Positions 17,950 to 26,592 of a stretch of 33,186 bases of DNA are shown in pieces (the first letter of the stretch is position 1; each line of letters opens with the position of its first letter). The translations under genes and the position numbers were made by a program. The DNA comes from Candidatus Ancaeobacter aquaticus. Lineage in GTDB: Bacteria; Auribacterota; Ancaeobacteria; Ancaeobacterales; Ancaeobacteraceae. Under the pieces are notes generated by a model. The model saw only the letters and a list, made by a program, of their open reading frames with translations, was not told the DNA's origin and ran no database searches. The stretch is from contig JAVCCP010000079.1 of NCBI GenBank assembly GCA_030765405.1, positions 1 through 33,186 of the forward strand, written 5' to 3'.

Positions 17950-19044
17950 CTACACAATGTGTAACGCACGGACGATCTTCCGTGAAGCGTCACCTTTACC
18001 GTAGGGGCTTGCAGAACGCGACATACGGGTATACACTTTTTTGTCATGTAATACCTTCTCTACGTTATCAACGATAGATTTAACTGATGTACCAACCAGT
18101 TTCGCCGCACCTGCTTTAACAACTTCTGGTCGTTCGGTTGTTTTTCTCATCACTAAAACCGGTTTACCTATCGAGGGAGCCTCTTCCTGAACACCACCCG
18201 AATCAGTTAAAACAATATGCGCTTTACTCATCATAAGAGCAAATCCGTCGTATTCTAACGGTTCTATGAGATGCACTCTATCAGACTGTGACAGTATAGA
18301 AAAAACCGGTTTTCGCACATTAGGATTGAGGTGAACAGGATACACAATTTCAACATCATCATTTCTCAAAGCGATCTTCATAAGCGCTTTACAAATATTT
18401 CCAAACGGCTTACCAAAATTCTCTCTCCGATGAGCAGTTACTAATATCAGTTTCTTTTTCGTATTAAAAACAGGTTTCTTCTTTTTGTTCTTTTTGAGTG
18501 TCATGAGAAGCGCATCAATACTTGGGTTCCCGGTATGATATATGGTGCTTTTGCGAATACCTTCTTTTAATAGATATTTCACTGCTTGTTTTGAGGGCGC
18601 AAAATGATAATCCGCTACAGACGACAATATCCTTCTGTTTACTTCTTCTGGAAACGGATGAAACCGATCAAATGTCCTGAGCCCAGCTTCAACATGTCCT
18701 ATTTTTATTTTTTGGTAAAAACATTCCAGCCCCACAACCATCGCTGTTGTCGTGTCACCCTGAACCAAAACGATGTCAGGTTTAACGGTTTTGAGAACAC
18801 CATGGATCTTTTTCATGGTATTTATTGTAAGCGTGGTAAGATCCTGATTCTTCCGCATAATATTCAAATCTACATCAGGTTTTATCTTAAAGATAGATAA
18901 TACCTGATCGAGCATATGACGATGCTGTGCGGTAACACATACCACGGTCTTAATGTGGCGCGGATGTTTTTTGAGCTCCAATACGATCGGCGCCATTTTG
19001 ATCGCTTCCGGCCTTGTACCAAATACTACTAACACTTTTTTCAT
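17950..19044 (-). CDS. wecB: UDP-N-acetylglucosamine 2-epimerase (non-hydrolysing)
   Basis: FGTRPEAIKMAP, TAQHRHML, QGDTTT, GHVEAGLRT, PFPEEVNR, TAHRREN, TDSGGVQEEAPS. Confidence 0.97.
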   Translation of the reverse strand: MKKVLVVFGTRPEAIKMAPIVLELKKHPRHIKTVVCVTAQHRHMLDQVLSIFKIKPDVDLNIMRKNQDLTTLTINTMKKIHGVLKTVKPDIVLVQGDTTTAMVVGLECFYQKIKIGHVEAGLRTFDRFHPFPEEVNRRILSSVADYHFAPSKQAVKYLLKEGIRKSTIYHTGNPSIDALLMTLKKNKKKKPVFNTKKKLILVTAHRRENFGKPFGNICKALMKIALRNDDVEIVYPVHLNPNVRKPVFSILSQSDRVHLIEPLEYDGFALMMSKAHIVLTDSGGVQEEAPSIGKPVLVMRKTTERPEVVKAGAAKLVGTSVKSIVDNVEKVLHDKKVYTRMSRSASPYGKGDASRKIVRALHIV

Positions 19045-19046
19045 GT

Positions 19047-20453
19047 TCAGCTTCCCTTACACTTCACTACCGATAATACGGTTTTAAGAGCGATCTTACA
19101 GTCTAACAATAGCGACCACGTATCAATATATTCCAGGTCAAGCTTAACGCTTTCAGAAAAATCTTTCACTTCACTGCCCTGCACCTGCCACAGTCCGGTT
19201 ATACCCGGCTTCATGGTAAGCCTTCTTCTCTGCCACGCTCTATAATTCTGCACCTCTTCAGGCAATGCCGGTCGGGGCCCGACAATACTCATCTGGCCTT
19301 TTAGCACATTCAAAAACTGTGGTAATTCATCGAGATAGGTTTTTCTCATGAACCTGCCAACCTTCGTAACACGAGGATCCTCATCCATCTTAAACAAGGG
19401 GCCTCTCATTTCATTATATTCCTGCACATCTTTTTTCATTTCATCAGCGTTCAAAACCATAGAACGAAATTTAATCATATTGAAAAGCCTACTCCGCAGG
19501 CCCACACGGATTTGATGGTAGAAGACAGGCCCTTCAGAAGTCATCTTGATCAATACCGCACACAAAATAAAAAGCGGCGATAAAACGATCAAAATAACAC
19601 ATGAAAGAAGATAATCAATAATCTGCTTAAAAAAGAGCTGCCATACATTCTGCGAGATAGTGCTAATAGATATCGTTGGTATCCCATAATAATCATCAAA
19701 TGACATGTTACTACTCGACATATCAAAGAATTCAAAAACAAGCCTTACTTTTATACCCTCCTGTTCACACAAAAAAACAGCGTCTTTCACCTGACTAAAA
19801 TGTTCGTTTTCAACAATAAAAATAACTTCATCGATCGGGTGATCGTGGATAATATCGGTTATATCCTTTATATCCCCAAGATACTGGCAATCGTTTATTG
19901 CGGAACTGCCCGTAAAAGCCCCAACATTGATGTACCCTGCGACAGACATCGTCTTTTCAGCATTAAAAACCTGTGATCCCTTGGTAACACCCGAGCGATT
20001 ACCGGCTAAAATAATATGCTTTGTACGATACTCTTTCGGATACACCTGATCTATCACAAGCGACAATACTTTGCGTATGCCCATCAACATAAGGATATTC
20101 ACAACCCCGAAGAGCACAAGAAAAAGCCTGCTGACATAATGAACTTTACAGAGGAACAGTCCAAAAATAAGGACTAAGATACCTATCGTTACCGAACGTA
20201 CAATCTCGGCTGCTTCAGCATTAAATGGATTCACGCCCTTATAGAGCCCCTGCTTATTAAAAATAAGCAGCCACAAAGGCACAATGAACAACAACAGCCA
20301 CAGATATTCATGCAAAGGATAGAGCGACGATACTTCCACCGGAAAATGCCGGGTTTTAATGTGATATGCCAGGTAAAAACTTACGACAATAGTTATCGCG
20401 TCAAAAAATGCTTCCAACCCAATTTTTATTTTATTCTTCTCTTTAGAATACAT
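19047..20453 (-). CDS. Polyprenyl-phosphate sugar-1-phosphate transferase (WcaJ/CpsE-like priming glycosyltransferase)
   Basis: Four N-terminal TMs, CoA-binding-like region, and Bac_transf motifs KFRSM, DPRVTKVGRFMRKTYLDELPQFLNVLKGQMSIVGPRP, KPGITGLWQV. Confidence 0.95.
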   Translation of the reverse strand: MYSKEKNKIKIGLEAFFDAITIVVSFYLAYHIKTRHFPVEVSSLYPLHEYLWLLLFIVPLWLLIFNKQGLYKGVNPFNAEAAEIVRSVTIGILVLIFGLFLCKVHYVSRLFLVLFGVVNILMLMGIRKVLSLVIDQVYPKEYRTKHIILAGNRSGVTKGSQVFNAEKTMSVAGYINVGAFTGSSAINDCQYLGDIKDITDIIHDHPIDEVIFIVENEHFSQVKDAVFLCEQEGIKVRLVFEFFDMSSSNMSFDDYYGIPTISISTISQNVWQLFFKQIIDYLLSCVILIVLSPLFILCAVLIKMTSEGPVFYHQIRVGLRSRLFNMIKFRSMVLNADEMKKDVQEYNEMRGPLFKMDEDPRVTKVGRFMRKTYLDELPQFLNVLKGQMSIVGPRPALPEEVQNYRAWQRRRLTMKPGITGLWQVQGSEVKDFSESVKLDLEYIDTWSLLLDCKIALKTVLSVVKCKGS

Positions 20454-20533
20454 AATAGTTTCCCCATATTAAATTATTATTTAAATACAGTATCGGATAG
20501 TCATTATACCTGAAATGCGTGCGTGAGGAAATA

Positions 20534-23500
20534 CTATTTTGCTTTTTTACTGTCGCAGATTTGCATGTAGTAGCGCGCCTGCTTCGCAAGGTTAGTGTCC
20601 CCTTGCAACGTTTCAGAGAAACACTTACGCGCCTCTTGATAATTATTTTGATAATAATGAATCAACCCTTTGTTGAAAAGAGCGATTATTGCAAGGTTAC
20701 TGGTTTTATGATTTTCTATAACTTTATCAAAGCATTCATTCGCATTTTCCATATCATTCATAGCCATATATGACTCACCCAGCTGAAGCAAAGCTTTTTC
20801 GTGCAATGCATCTACATCATTAGATGCACAAACCGCTTTAAAATCATTTATTGCCTCATCATAGCGTTTTAATTTTTTATTACACATACCTCTTACATAT
20901 AACACATGGGGCGATTCCTCACTGGCCAATAAACTCTTTAAAAAGATATCGCACATTTTCTTAGAAACAGTATAAGATCCAACATCATAGTATCGTTTAA
21001 TAAGTTCCTTTGTATGTGATTGATAAAACTCATCTTTTTTTTCACTCTCATCCATACACTTTAACTTCACAAAATCAAAATGCGCGGAATAACCATACCT
21101 TTTAATATCATAAAACTTCAGCGCTATCCCCCCGCACAAAGCCAAATAATCATCGTGTGCGTAAACATCCCGGCATTTATCCGCATAATCTTTATAAAAC
21201 GCAAATGAGCTGTCATACGATCCATTATAAAAAGCATCTCCAGCCATTTCTTTAATCCCTTCATGTAAAGATGTATCACGAGTAGACGAACAAAGGGTTA
21301 GGTAGTCCTTGTAGAGTTGATCGCTATACAACTCTGTCATTTTCATTGTCAGTAACCTCTGTGTATATTTCTTAATTGTATTAGCATATTTTCGGTATTC
21401 CAAACTTGCTTCTTTAAGATTCATCACAAACTTGTCAAAACACTTTTGGGCTTCCTCAAAGCGATATTGCCTGAGAAAGCATACAAATCGAATATAGTTT
21501 CTTTCTCCACGCGGCAGGGCAAGATCATCATTATCCAAGACACGCAAAATCGTGCTGTACACCTTTTCATATTTTTCGGCAAAAATCTTAGCAGCATCTT
21601 TATGCCCAATTGCAATGAGCTGTTCCATTAGAGATAGAGCATTATTTATATCTTTAGCATTTTTGTGTCTTTTTTTTATGAACGAATCAATACCTTTTTG
21701 TATGCCTTTTATCTTTTCACTTTTATTGTTGTGATATACATCTTTTGCAAAGCCGGTTTTACGCATCGCTTGCAAGACATATTTATTTTTCATAAAACAG
21801 TCCCAGACAAAACCGGTACGGAAATTTTCCACCGCAACAAGAAAAACACCTATATCAAGACCATAGTTGTTCCTAGCGTAATAATTTTCATCAAGATTAC
21901 ATGCGTTTTTAAAACCATATTTCCCATGGATAAGCGGGTATTTTTGATATATGTAGTGAAGCGCTGACATACAGCGTAAAGGTGTAAAGTTTATAGATGC
22001 CCCGATCCCTAGGGGAGAGATCGTGCCATCATACGAGGAGATATTTTCTCCGTTTGGAATAACTCCATGACTCATCGTATAACCACGCGGCAACGCGACA
22101 GAAGTAATACCCCACATGTTAGGGCTGTATGTTTTATATTCATGAGCATGGTCAATACAGAAACGCCTATTTGCTGAAGTAGCGCGAACAGAATTTACAA
22201 ACCAGTTTATTCCTTCACGATCAAAAACATCTTTTAGATCAAACCAGAGGTGCGCATACTGATAAGTAAAAAGCGACCCGTACCAAGAATACACAAACTG
22301 GTCACCTCCCCGGTAAGCGCCTACCTCACGTTTCCAATCATAAAATATGCGAGCAGGAACATCATTGTTCGGAGACCCTGCCCCGAGCAATGTCACAAGC
22401 ATTGTTTCATCTGAATAATAGTCCCATCTGCCCTTTAGAAATCCTTTTTCGGGAGTCCATCCCATCAGGAGTAATATCCTGTCATCCCGTACATCTTTAT
22501 CTCTATATGCAAGCCAATCCATTCTCTTATATATCGATGGAACCATATCTTTTATTTCACCACCGAAATATTCACCAGCGGTAATCATGCCGCATAATAG
22601 CATAGCGGTATCTATGGTAGATATCTCAGACTTTCCTGACCGCTTGGCAGTATTGTACTTAAGGAAATGATAAAAGAAACCATCTTTGTCATAAGCTTTA
22701 TAATGATGATCTTTACTTCCTCCACAAAAAGTCTTGAACGTTAGAAGAACGCGACGTCTGGCTTCATTTTTATCTATCCACCCGCGTTCAGCACCTATAC
22801 AAAGAGCTGTTAAGCCAAGACCGGTTACCGCAATACTTGAATCACCAAAACCCGCACAATCACGAAAAAGTCCTGTTTCCATGTTTTGATTTTCATAAAA
22901 ATATAAAAACGCCTTTTTCTCAAGAAGATCCAGAAAAGCATTGGTATTCATTCGCGGTATGGAGTATCTGGCTCTGCATGGCTTTAGTGGAAGCACACTG
23001 CCTTTGGGAGTAACAGAACTGAGACGGATATAAAGAGCATCTTTATTTTGTTGGAACTTTGTATCATCAAAAGTAAACGTAAATACATTTGAGCCGTTGT
23101 TGTAAGAAGAGTCTATTCGTTGCCACGTTTTACCATTATCCTGAGACAGCTCAAACCATACGACTTCTGCCCCGTCCCCTTTGGTCTTTACTTGAACGGT
23201 ATTTTGATCCTCATACAAAAACACTTTATGTACTCTTTTGCCATTACTGTAAAAATTGTTCCGAAGTAAGACCGCATTGCTCTTATCATTTCGTAAAGAT
23301 AACGTACCGAAAAGAATATCATCAATATAGATTGTGCTTTTCCTTCTTTTACTGTCATTATCAAACACAAAGACGATCTCACACAGTTTTGATAGATCTG
23401 CACTGCTTTTAAAATGTCTGATAGGAATAAACACCTTCCGCCACGATCTATCGACTTTTCTGCCAGACACATAATTTTGCACTGCCACATTGCTCGCAAT

Positions 23501-23932
23501 ATCATCACCGTATTGGTAACGCCCATCACCATTAATATCAAAGTGCAATTCAATCCTGAAATCTTCCCCGCCTTTTTCACCTTTCACCCAAAAACTCAGA
23601 TATTTCGCTTCTTCCATGAATTTTTTTTGAATAGGTAACAGATTCCCTGTGGACAAGACAGAATATGAATATGATCCTTTTTTTCTGACATCGTAGGCGA
23701 GCTTCAATGAACTACCTGATTTTCCAAAGGTAAGTTTGGGATTAGACTCGTAGGATACCTTACAAACACCCGGCTCAGCAGTATCCCCGCCAACCCAGCC
23801 GCCTAAAAGATTTTTATAGGAATTACGTTTATTGAAATCATCTATGAGGAGAACTGAAGACTTACCCGTATGAGCATAAGTCGGAAACACAAAAACCACA
23901 AAGAAACAAACAGCAAAAAACACCCACCGCAC
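20534..23932 (-). CDS. Exported multidomain protein: CIA30/CBM11-like domain + GH144 (glucoamylase-family, putative endo-beta-1,2-glucanase) + C-terminal TPRs (1132 aa)
   Basis: Signal peptide; LLIDDF...YLSFWVKG...IYIDDI beta-sandwich; GH144-type motifs SSIAVTGLGLTALCIGAERGWI, GFFYHF, EISTIDTA, GWTPEKGF, SLFTYQYAHLWFD, YGLDIG; TPR-like tail. Confidence 0.85.
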   Translation of the reverse strand: MRWVFFAVCFFVVFVFPTYAHTGKSSVLLIDDFNKRNSYKNLLGGWVGGDTAEPGVCKVSYESNPKLTFGKSGSSLKLAYDVRKKGSYSYSVLSTGNLLPIQKKFMEEAKYLSFWVKGEKGGEDFRIELHFDINGDGRYQYGDDIASNVAVQNYVSGRKVDRSWRKVFIPIRHFKSSADLSKLCEIVFVFDNDSKRRKSTIYIDDILFGTLSLRNDKSNAVLLRNNFYSNGKRVHKVFLYEDQNTVQVKTKGDGAEVVWFELSQDNGKTWQRIDSSYNNGSNVFTFTFDDTKFQQNKDALYIRLSSVTPKGSVLPLKPCRARYSIPRMNTNAFLDLLEKKAFLYFYENQNMETGLFRDCAGFGDSSIAVTGLGLTALCIGAERGWIDKNEARRRVLLTFKTFCGGSKDHHYKAYDKDGFFYHFLKYNTAKRSGKSEISTIDTAMLLCGMITAGEYFGGEIKDMVPSIYKRMDWLAYRDKDVRDDRILLLMGWTPEKGFLKGRWDYYSDETMLVTLLGAGSPNNDVPARIFYDWKREVGAYRGGDQFVYSWYGSLFTYQYAHLWFDLKDVFDREGINWFVNSVRATSANRRFCIDHAHEYKTYSPNMWGITSVALPRGYTMSHGVIPNGENISSYDGTISPLGIGASINFTPLRCMSALHYIYQKYPLIHGKYGFKNACNLDENYYARNNYGLDIGVFLVAVENFRTGFVWDCFMKNKYVLQAMRKTGFAKDVYHNNKSEKIKGIQKGIDSFIKKRHKNAKDINNALSLMEQLIAIGHKDAAKIFAEKYEKVYSTILRVLDNDDLALPRGERNYIRFVCFLRQYRFEEAQKCFDKFVMNLKEASLEYRKYANTIKKYTQRLLTMKMTELYSDQLYKDYLTLCSSTRDTSLHEGIKEMAGDAFYNGSYDSSFAFYKDYADKCRDVYAHDDYLALCGGIALKFYDIKRYGYSAHFDFVKLKCMDESEKKDEFYQSHTKELIKRYYDVGSYTVSKKMCDIFLKSLLASEESPHVLYVRGMCNKKLKRYDEAINDFKAVCASNDVDALHEKALLQLGESYMAMNDMENANECFDKVIENHKTSNLAIIALFNKGLIHYYQNNYQEARKCFSETLQGDTNLAKQARYYMQICDSKKAK

Positions 23933-24016
23933 CGGGACACCCCTTTTAACTTATTTGTAACAGGTAACTAAAAACGTAATTCCCCTAAATACTCAAAAAA
24001 AATGTTACTTTTCGCT

Positions 24017-25195
24017 CTATATCAACGCACTAAGAAATTTACTTGCACTGAGTACACGAATATCGTCTTTAATAGAATCAACACCCTCTTGCTTAACAAC
24101 TTGATAAACATAAGGAATTTTTAATTTCCGCGAAAAATAACGCAAGTTATCAGAAATACCCTTATATGATTTTTTTGTTTCTACACAAAACCACGGCTTA
24201 TTATTTATTGTCACGAGAAAATCAACCTCTCTCTGACTAACATCTCTAATATAGTGAAGTTTTGCTTTATACCCTTCTACATCAAATAAATAATCGCAAA
24301 ACTTTAAAAGATGCGATGCAATAATATTCTCAAATCTTATACTTTCATCTTCTACTTCAGCCCAATCCCACAAGTAGATCTTTGGCTCTTTTCTCAGTGA
24401 TTTGATAAGTGTGCTTTGAAAAGGATATATTCTAAAATGGTAATAAAATCTCTCTAATATATCAACCCACAACGATACAGTCTTATGGGTAACTCTTAGA
24501 TCTTCCTTCAATGAATTTACAGAAAAGAGAGAACCAATCTTATTTGGCAATAATTCAACCAAGACTTGCAATGACGACAAATCCCTCACATTTTCAATAT
24601 CTCTTATGTCTTCTTTTATCAACCTATCGATCTTCTCATTATGCCAGCGCCGTAATGTTCTTTCGTCTTGCTTACAAAATATTTCAGGAAATCCGCCAAA
24701 TCTGAACAATTGATTTAATAATTCTATAGATTCTTTGTTATTATCTAAAAATTTTAGTTCTGTAAAAGCGCCATTATCCTGCTGCTTGTTCATCAGCTCC
24801 GCAAGTGAGAGTGGATGTAGTCTCAAGGAACGATATCGCCCAAGCAACGAATCACCACCTTTTTTATATACATCTAATCGAGCACTTCCTGTTACCAATA
24901 TCTTAAATCTATCTTTATATTTATCATATTCGCCCTTTAAATAGTTCTTCCAATCTTGATATTTATGTATTTCATCAAAAATCAGTAATTTTTTATCTGT
25001 CGGAAAAGTATCTGCAAGAATAATTTTTCTATCTTGTCGATTATCCCAATTTAGATAGGCATATTTGCTAGGAAAGGCACTTTTCCCAACCTGGTCGGAA
25101 ATGGTTGTTTTACCGACCTGTCTTGGGCCAGAGATAAAAACCATTTTATCTTTAAGATCCTCTATAATATATTTTTCTAAATATCTTTTAATCAT
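24017..25195 (-). CDS. AAA+ ATPase (AAA_14) with DUF4143 C-terminal domain (start placed at ATG 25195)
   Basis: GPRQVGKTT, IFDEIHK, ILVTGSA, SLLGR, GGFPE, PKIYLWD, FENIIAS, EVDFL...VETK (PD-(D/E)XK-like); SD GGAG upstream of 25195. Confidence 0.92.
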   Translation of the reverse strand: MIKRYLEKYIIEDLKDKMVFISGPRQVGKTTISDQVGKSAFPSKYAYLNWDNRQDRKIILADTFPTDKKLLIFDEIHKYQDWKNYLKGEYDKYKDRFKILVTGSARLDVYKKGGDSLLGRYRSLRLHPLSLAELMNKQQDNGAFTELKFLDNNKESIELLNQLFRFGGFPEIFCKQDERTLRRWHNEKIDRLIKEDIRDIENVRDLSSLQVLVELLPNKIGSLFSVNSLKEDLRVTHKTVSLWVDILERFYYHFRIYPFQSTLIKSLRKEPKIYLWDWAEVEDESIRFENIIASHLLKFCDYLFDVEGYKAKLHYIRDVSQREVDFLVTINNKPWFCVETKKSYKGISDNLRYFSRKLKIPYVYQVVKQEGVDSIKDDIRVLSASKFLSALI

Positions 25196-25253
25196 TACTT
25201 TCTCCAATAATCATCCTATCTACATATAATGATGCAAACTTCTATATAAGATT

Positions 25254-25303
25254 ATTATACCAAAGTATAAAATATTGTCAAACTTTTTATACCTTGGTAT
25301 AAT
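25254..25303 (-). promoter_or_regulatory. Consensus sigma-70 promoter overlapped by two palindromic operator-like sites
   Basis: Minus strand TTGACA (25281-25276)-16 bp-TATAAT (25259-25254) with TG extended -10. Palindromes TTATACCAAAGTATAA (25255-25270) and TTATACCTTGGTATAA (25287-25302). Confidence 0.8.
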
Positions 25304-25332
25304 ATTCACATATAAGACTAAAGATAGTGCTC

Positions 25333-26559
25333 CTATTTAGTAATTGCCTTTTTTGGCTTTTTGAAACTATCTAATTTCTTCCTGCACCACGTGCACAGAT
25401 TAATACCCTTTTGATCGTGCTCCATCAAATTATGCGGGTACGACCGAATACAGCTTGGATTTGAACATCGAGAAATGCCCATAACAAAAAATATGCTGCT
25501 AATTGCCTGCTTTACCGTCCTGTTGCGCAATCGCTCTCTATTTTGAGGCTCATTATTAAAATCAGCCCTGAAACGGCAATACGACATTACGCCGACACCT
25601 TTTCTAGCCCATCCAAATAGAAAATTATTCTCTTTCGCATACATATCTTTTTCTGTAACCCCCAAATAGCCCACCGCATCTTGATTCTTATCCTCTTTAG
25701 CCTTTTTCAGAACAAGAGACTGCAAACGGTCAGCATTATATTGCCCCTGTTTTGTCAGCTTTTTTACATTTACATTAAATTCAGCAATTGATTCTGGTGG
25801 CACCTTTGTTTTCTTCATAAAACTTTCTATAAAGCATACTTGGCCGATAAAAGTTTTCATATCACTATCGCTAAGATTGTTTTCCTTCATAACATGTTTT
25901 ATAAACTCTGGTTTTACTGTTTTTTGAATCCTTTCCATCACAAAAGAAACATATTTCCCCGCATTATTACGATCAATTGCACCGGGGTTAACAGCTTTTT
26001 GGGATATTACAATATCTATACCGATGATTTTCTCCAGTTGATCTACGACTTCATTCAAAAGCACCTTATTAACCTCCCCAATAGGCACAATAACAAGTAC
26101 TTTTGAGCCAGGTGTCGTCTTATTACTGTTATCATGTATACTTGGCTGAACATTATAACCAGTTGATTTGAGCAGCTTGTGCGCCTGCTTAATCAATTGT
26201 TCGTCTTCAGCATACTCATAAACTAATGTTGCCCTCTCCTGAGCAGATTCAACATCCCCTTTTTGGAATAACAAATTTGCATACTTAAGCTGTCGCTCCA
26301 AATTCCAGCTGTCTGAACGCAGAGCGGCTTCATATAACTCGATTGCCTTTTCAACACTACCTTCTTTTACATATACATCCACCAGAGAATATACATCTTT
26401 AACATTATGGCGAAGCGAAACATTATCATCCTTGAGATGTTTTTCTACTCGCTTTTCAAGCTCATGTTTATCTATTGATTTATTTCCTTCATCTGCAAAT
26501 GAGCCCGTACCCCACATCAAGAAAAAAACTAAACATATATACGACAATATTTTATTCAT
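25333..26559 (-). CDS. Exported TPR + archaemetzincin-fold protein lacking the zinc-binding motif (probable pseudo-peptidase)
   Basis: Signal peptide, one TPR, and archaemetzincin features QYNAD, LGVTEKDMY...NFLFG, VGVMS..RF, CxxxxC...CxxC. HExxHxxGxxH is replaced by SSIFFVMGISR. Confidence 0.8.
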   Translation of the reverse strand: MNKILSYICLVFFLMWGTGSFADEGNKSIDKHELEKRVEKHLKDDNVSLRHNVKDVYSLVDVYVKEGSVEKAIELYEAALRSDSWNLERQLKYANLLFQKGDVESAQERATLVYEYAEDEQLIKQAHKLLKSTGYNVQPSIHDNSNKTTPGSKVLVIVPIGEVNKVLLNEVVDQLEKIIGIDIVISQKAVNPGAIDRNNAGKYVSFVMERIQKTVKPEFIKHVMKENNLSDSDMKTFIGQVCFIESFMKKTKVPPESIAEFNVNVKKLTKQGQYNADRLQSLVLKKAKEDKNQDAVGYLGVTEKDMYAKENNFLFGWARKGVGVMSYCRFRADFNNEPQNRERLRNRTVKQAISSIFFVMGISRCSNPSCIRSYPHNLMEHDQKGINLCTWCRKKLDSFKKPKKAITK

Positions 26560-26592
26560 AACATTATGAGCTTCTCTTTTATCTCAAAAGAT

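Noticed and set aside
23930..23947. AAAAGGGGTGTCCCG as another element end
   Set aside because: It deviates from the GGGGWCAS core and is fully explained as the SD of the GH144 gene's GTG start.
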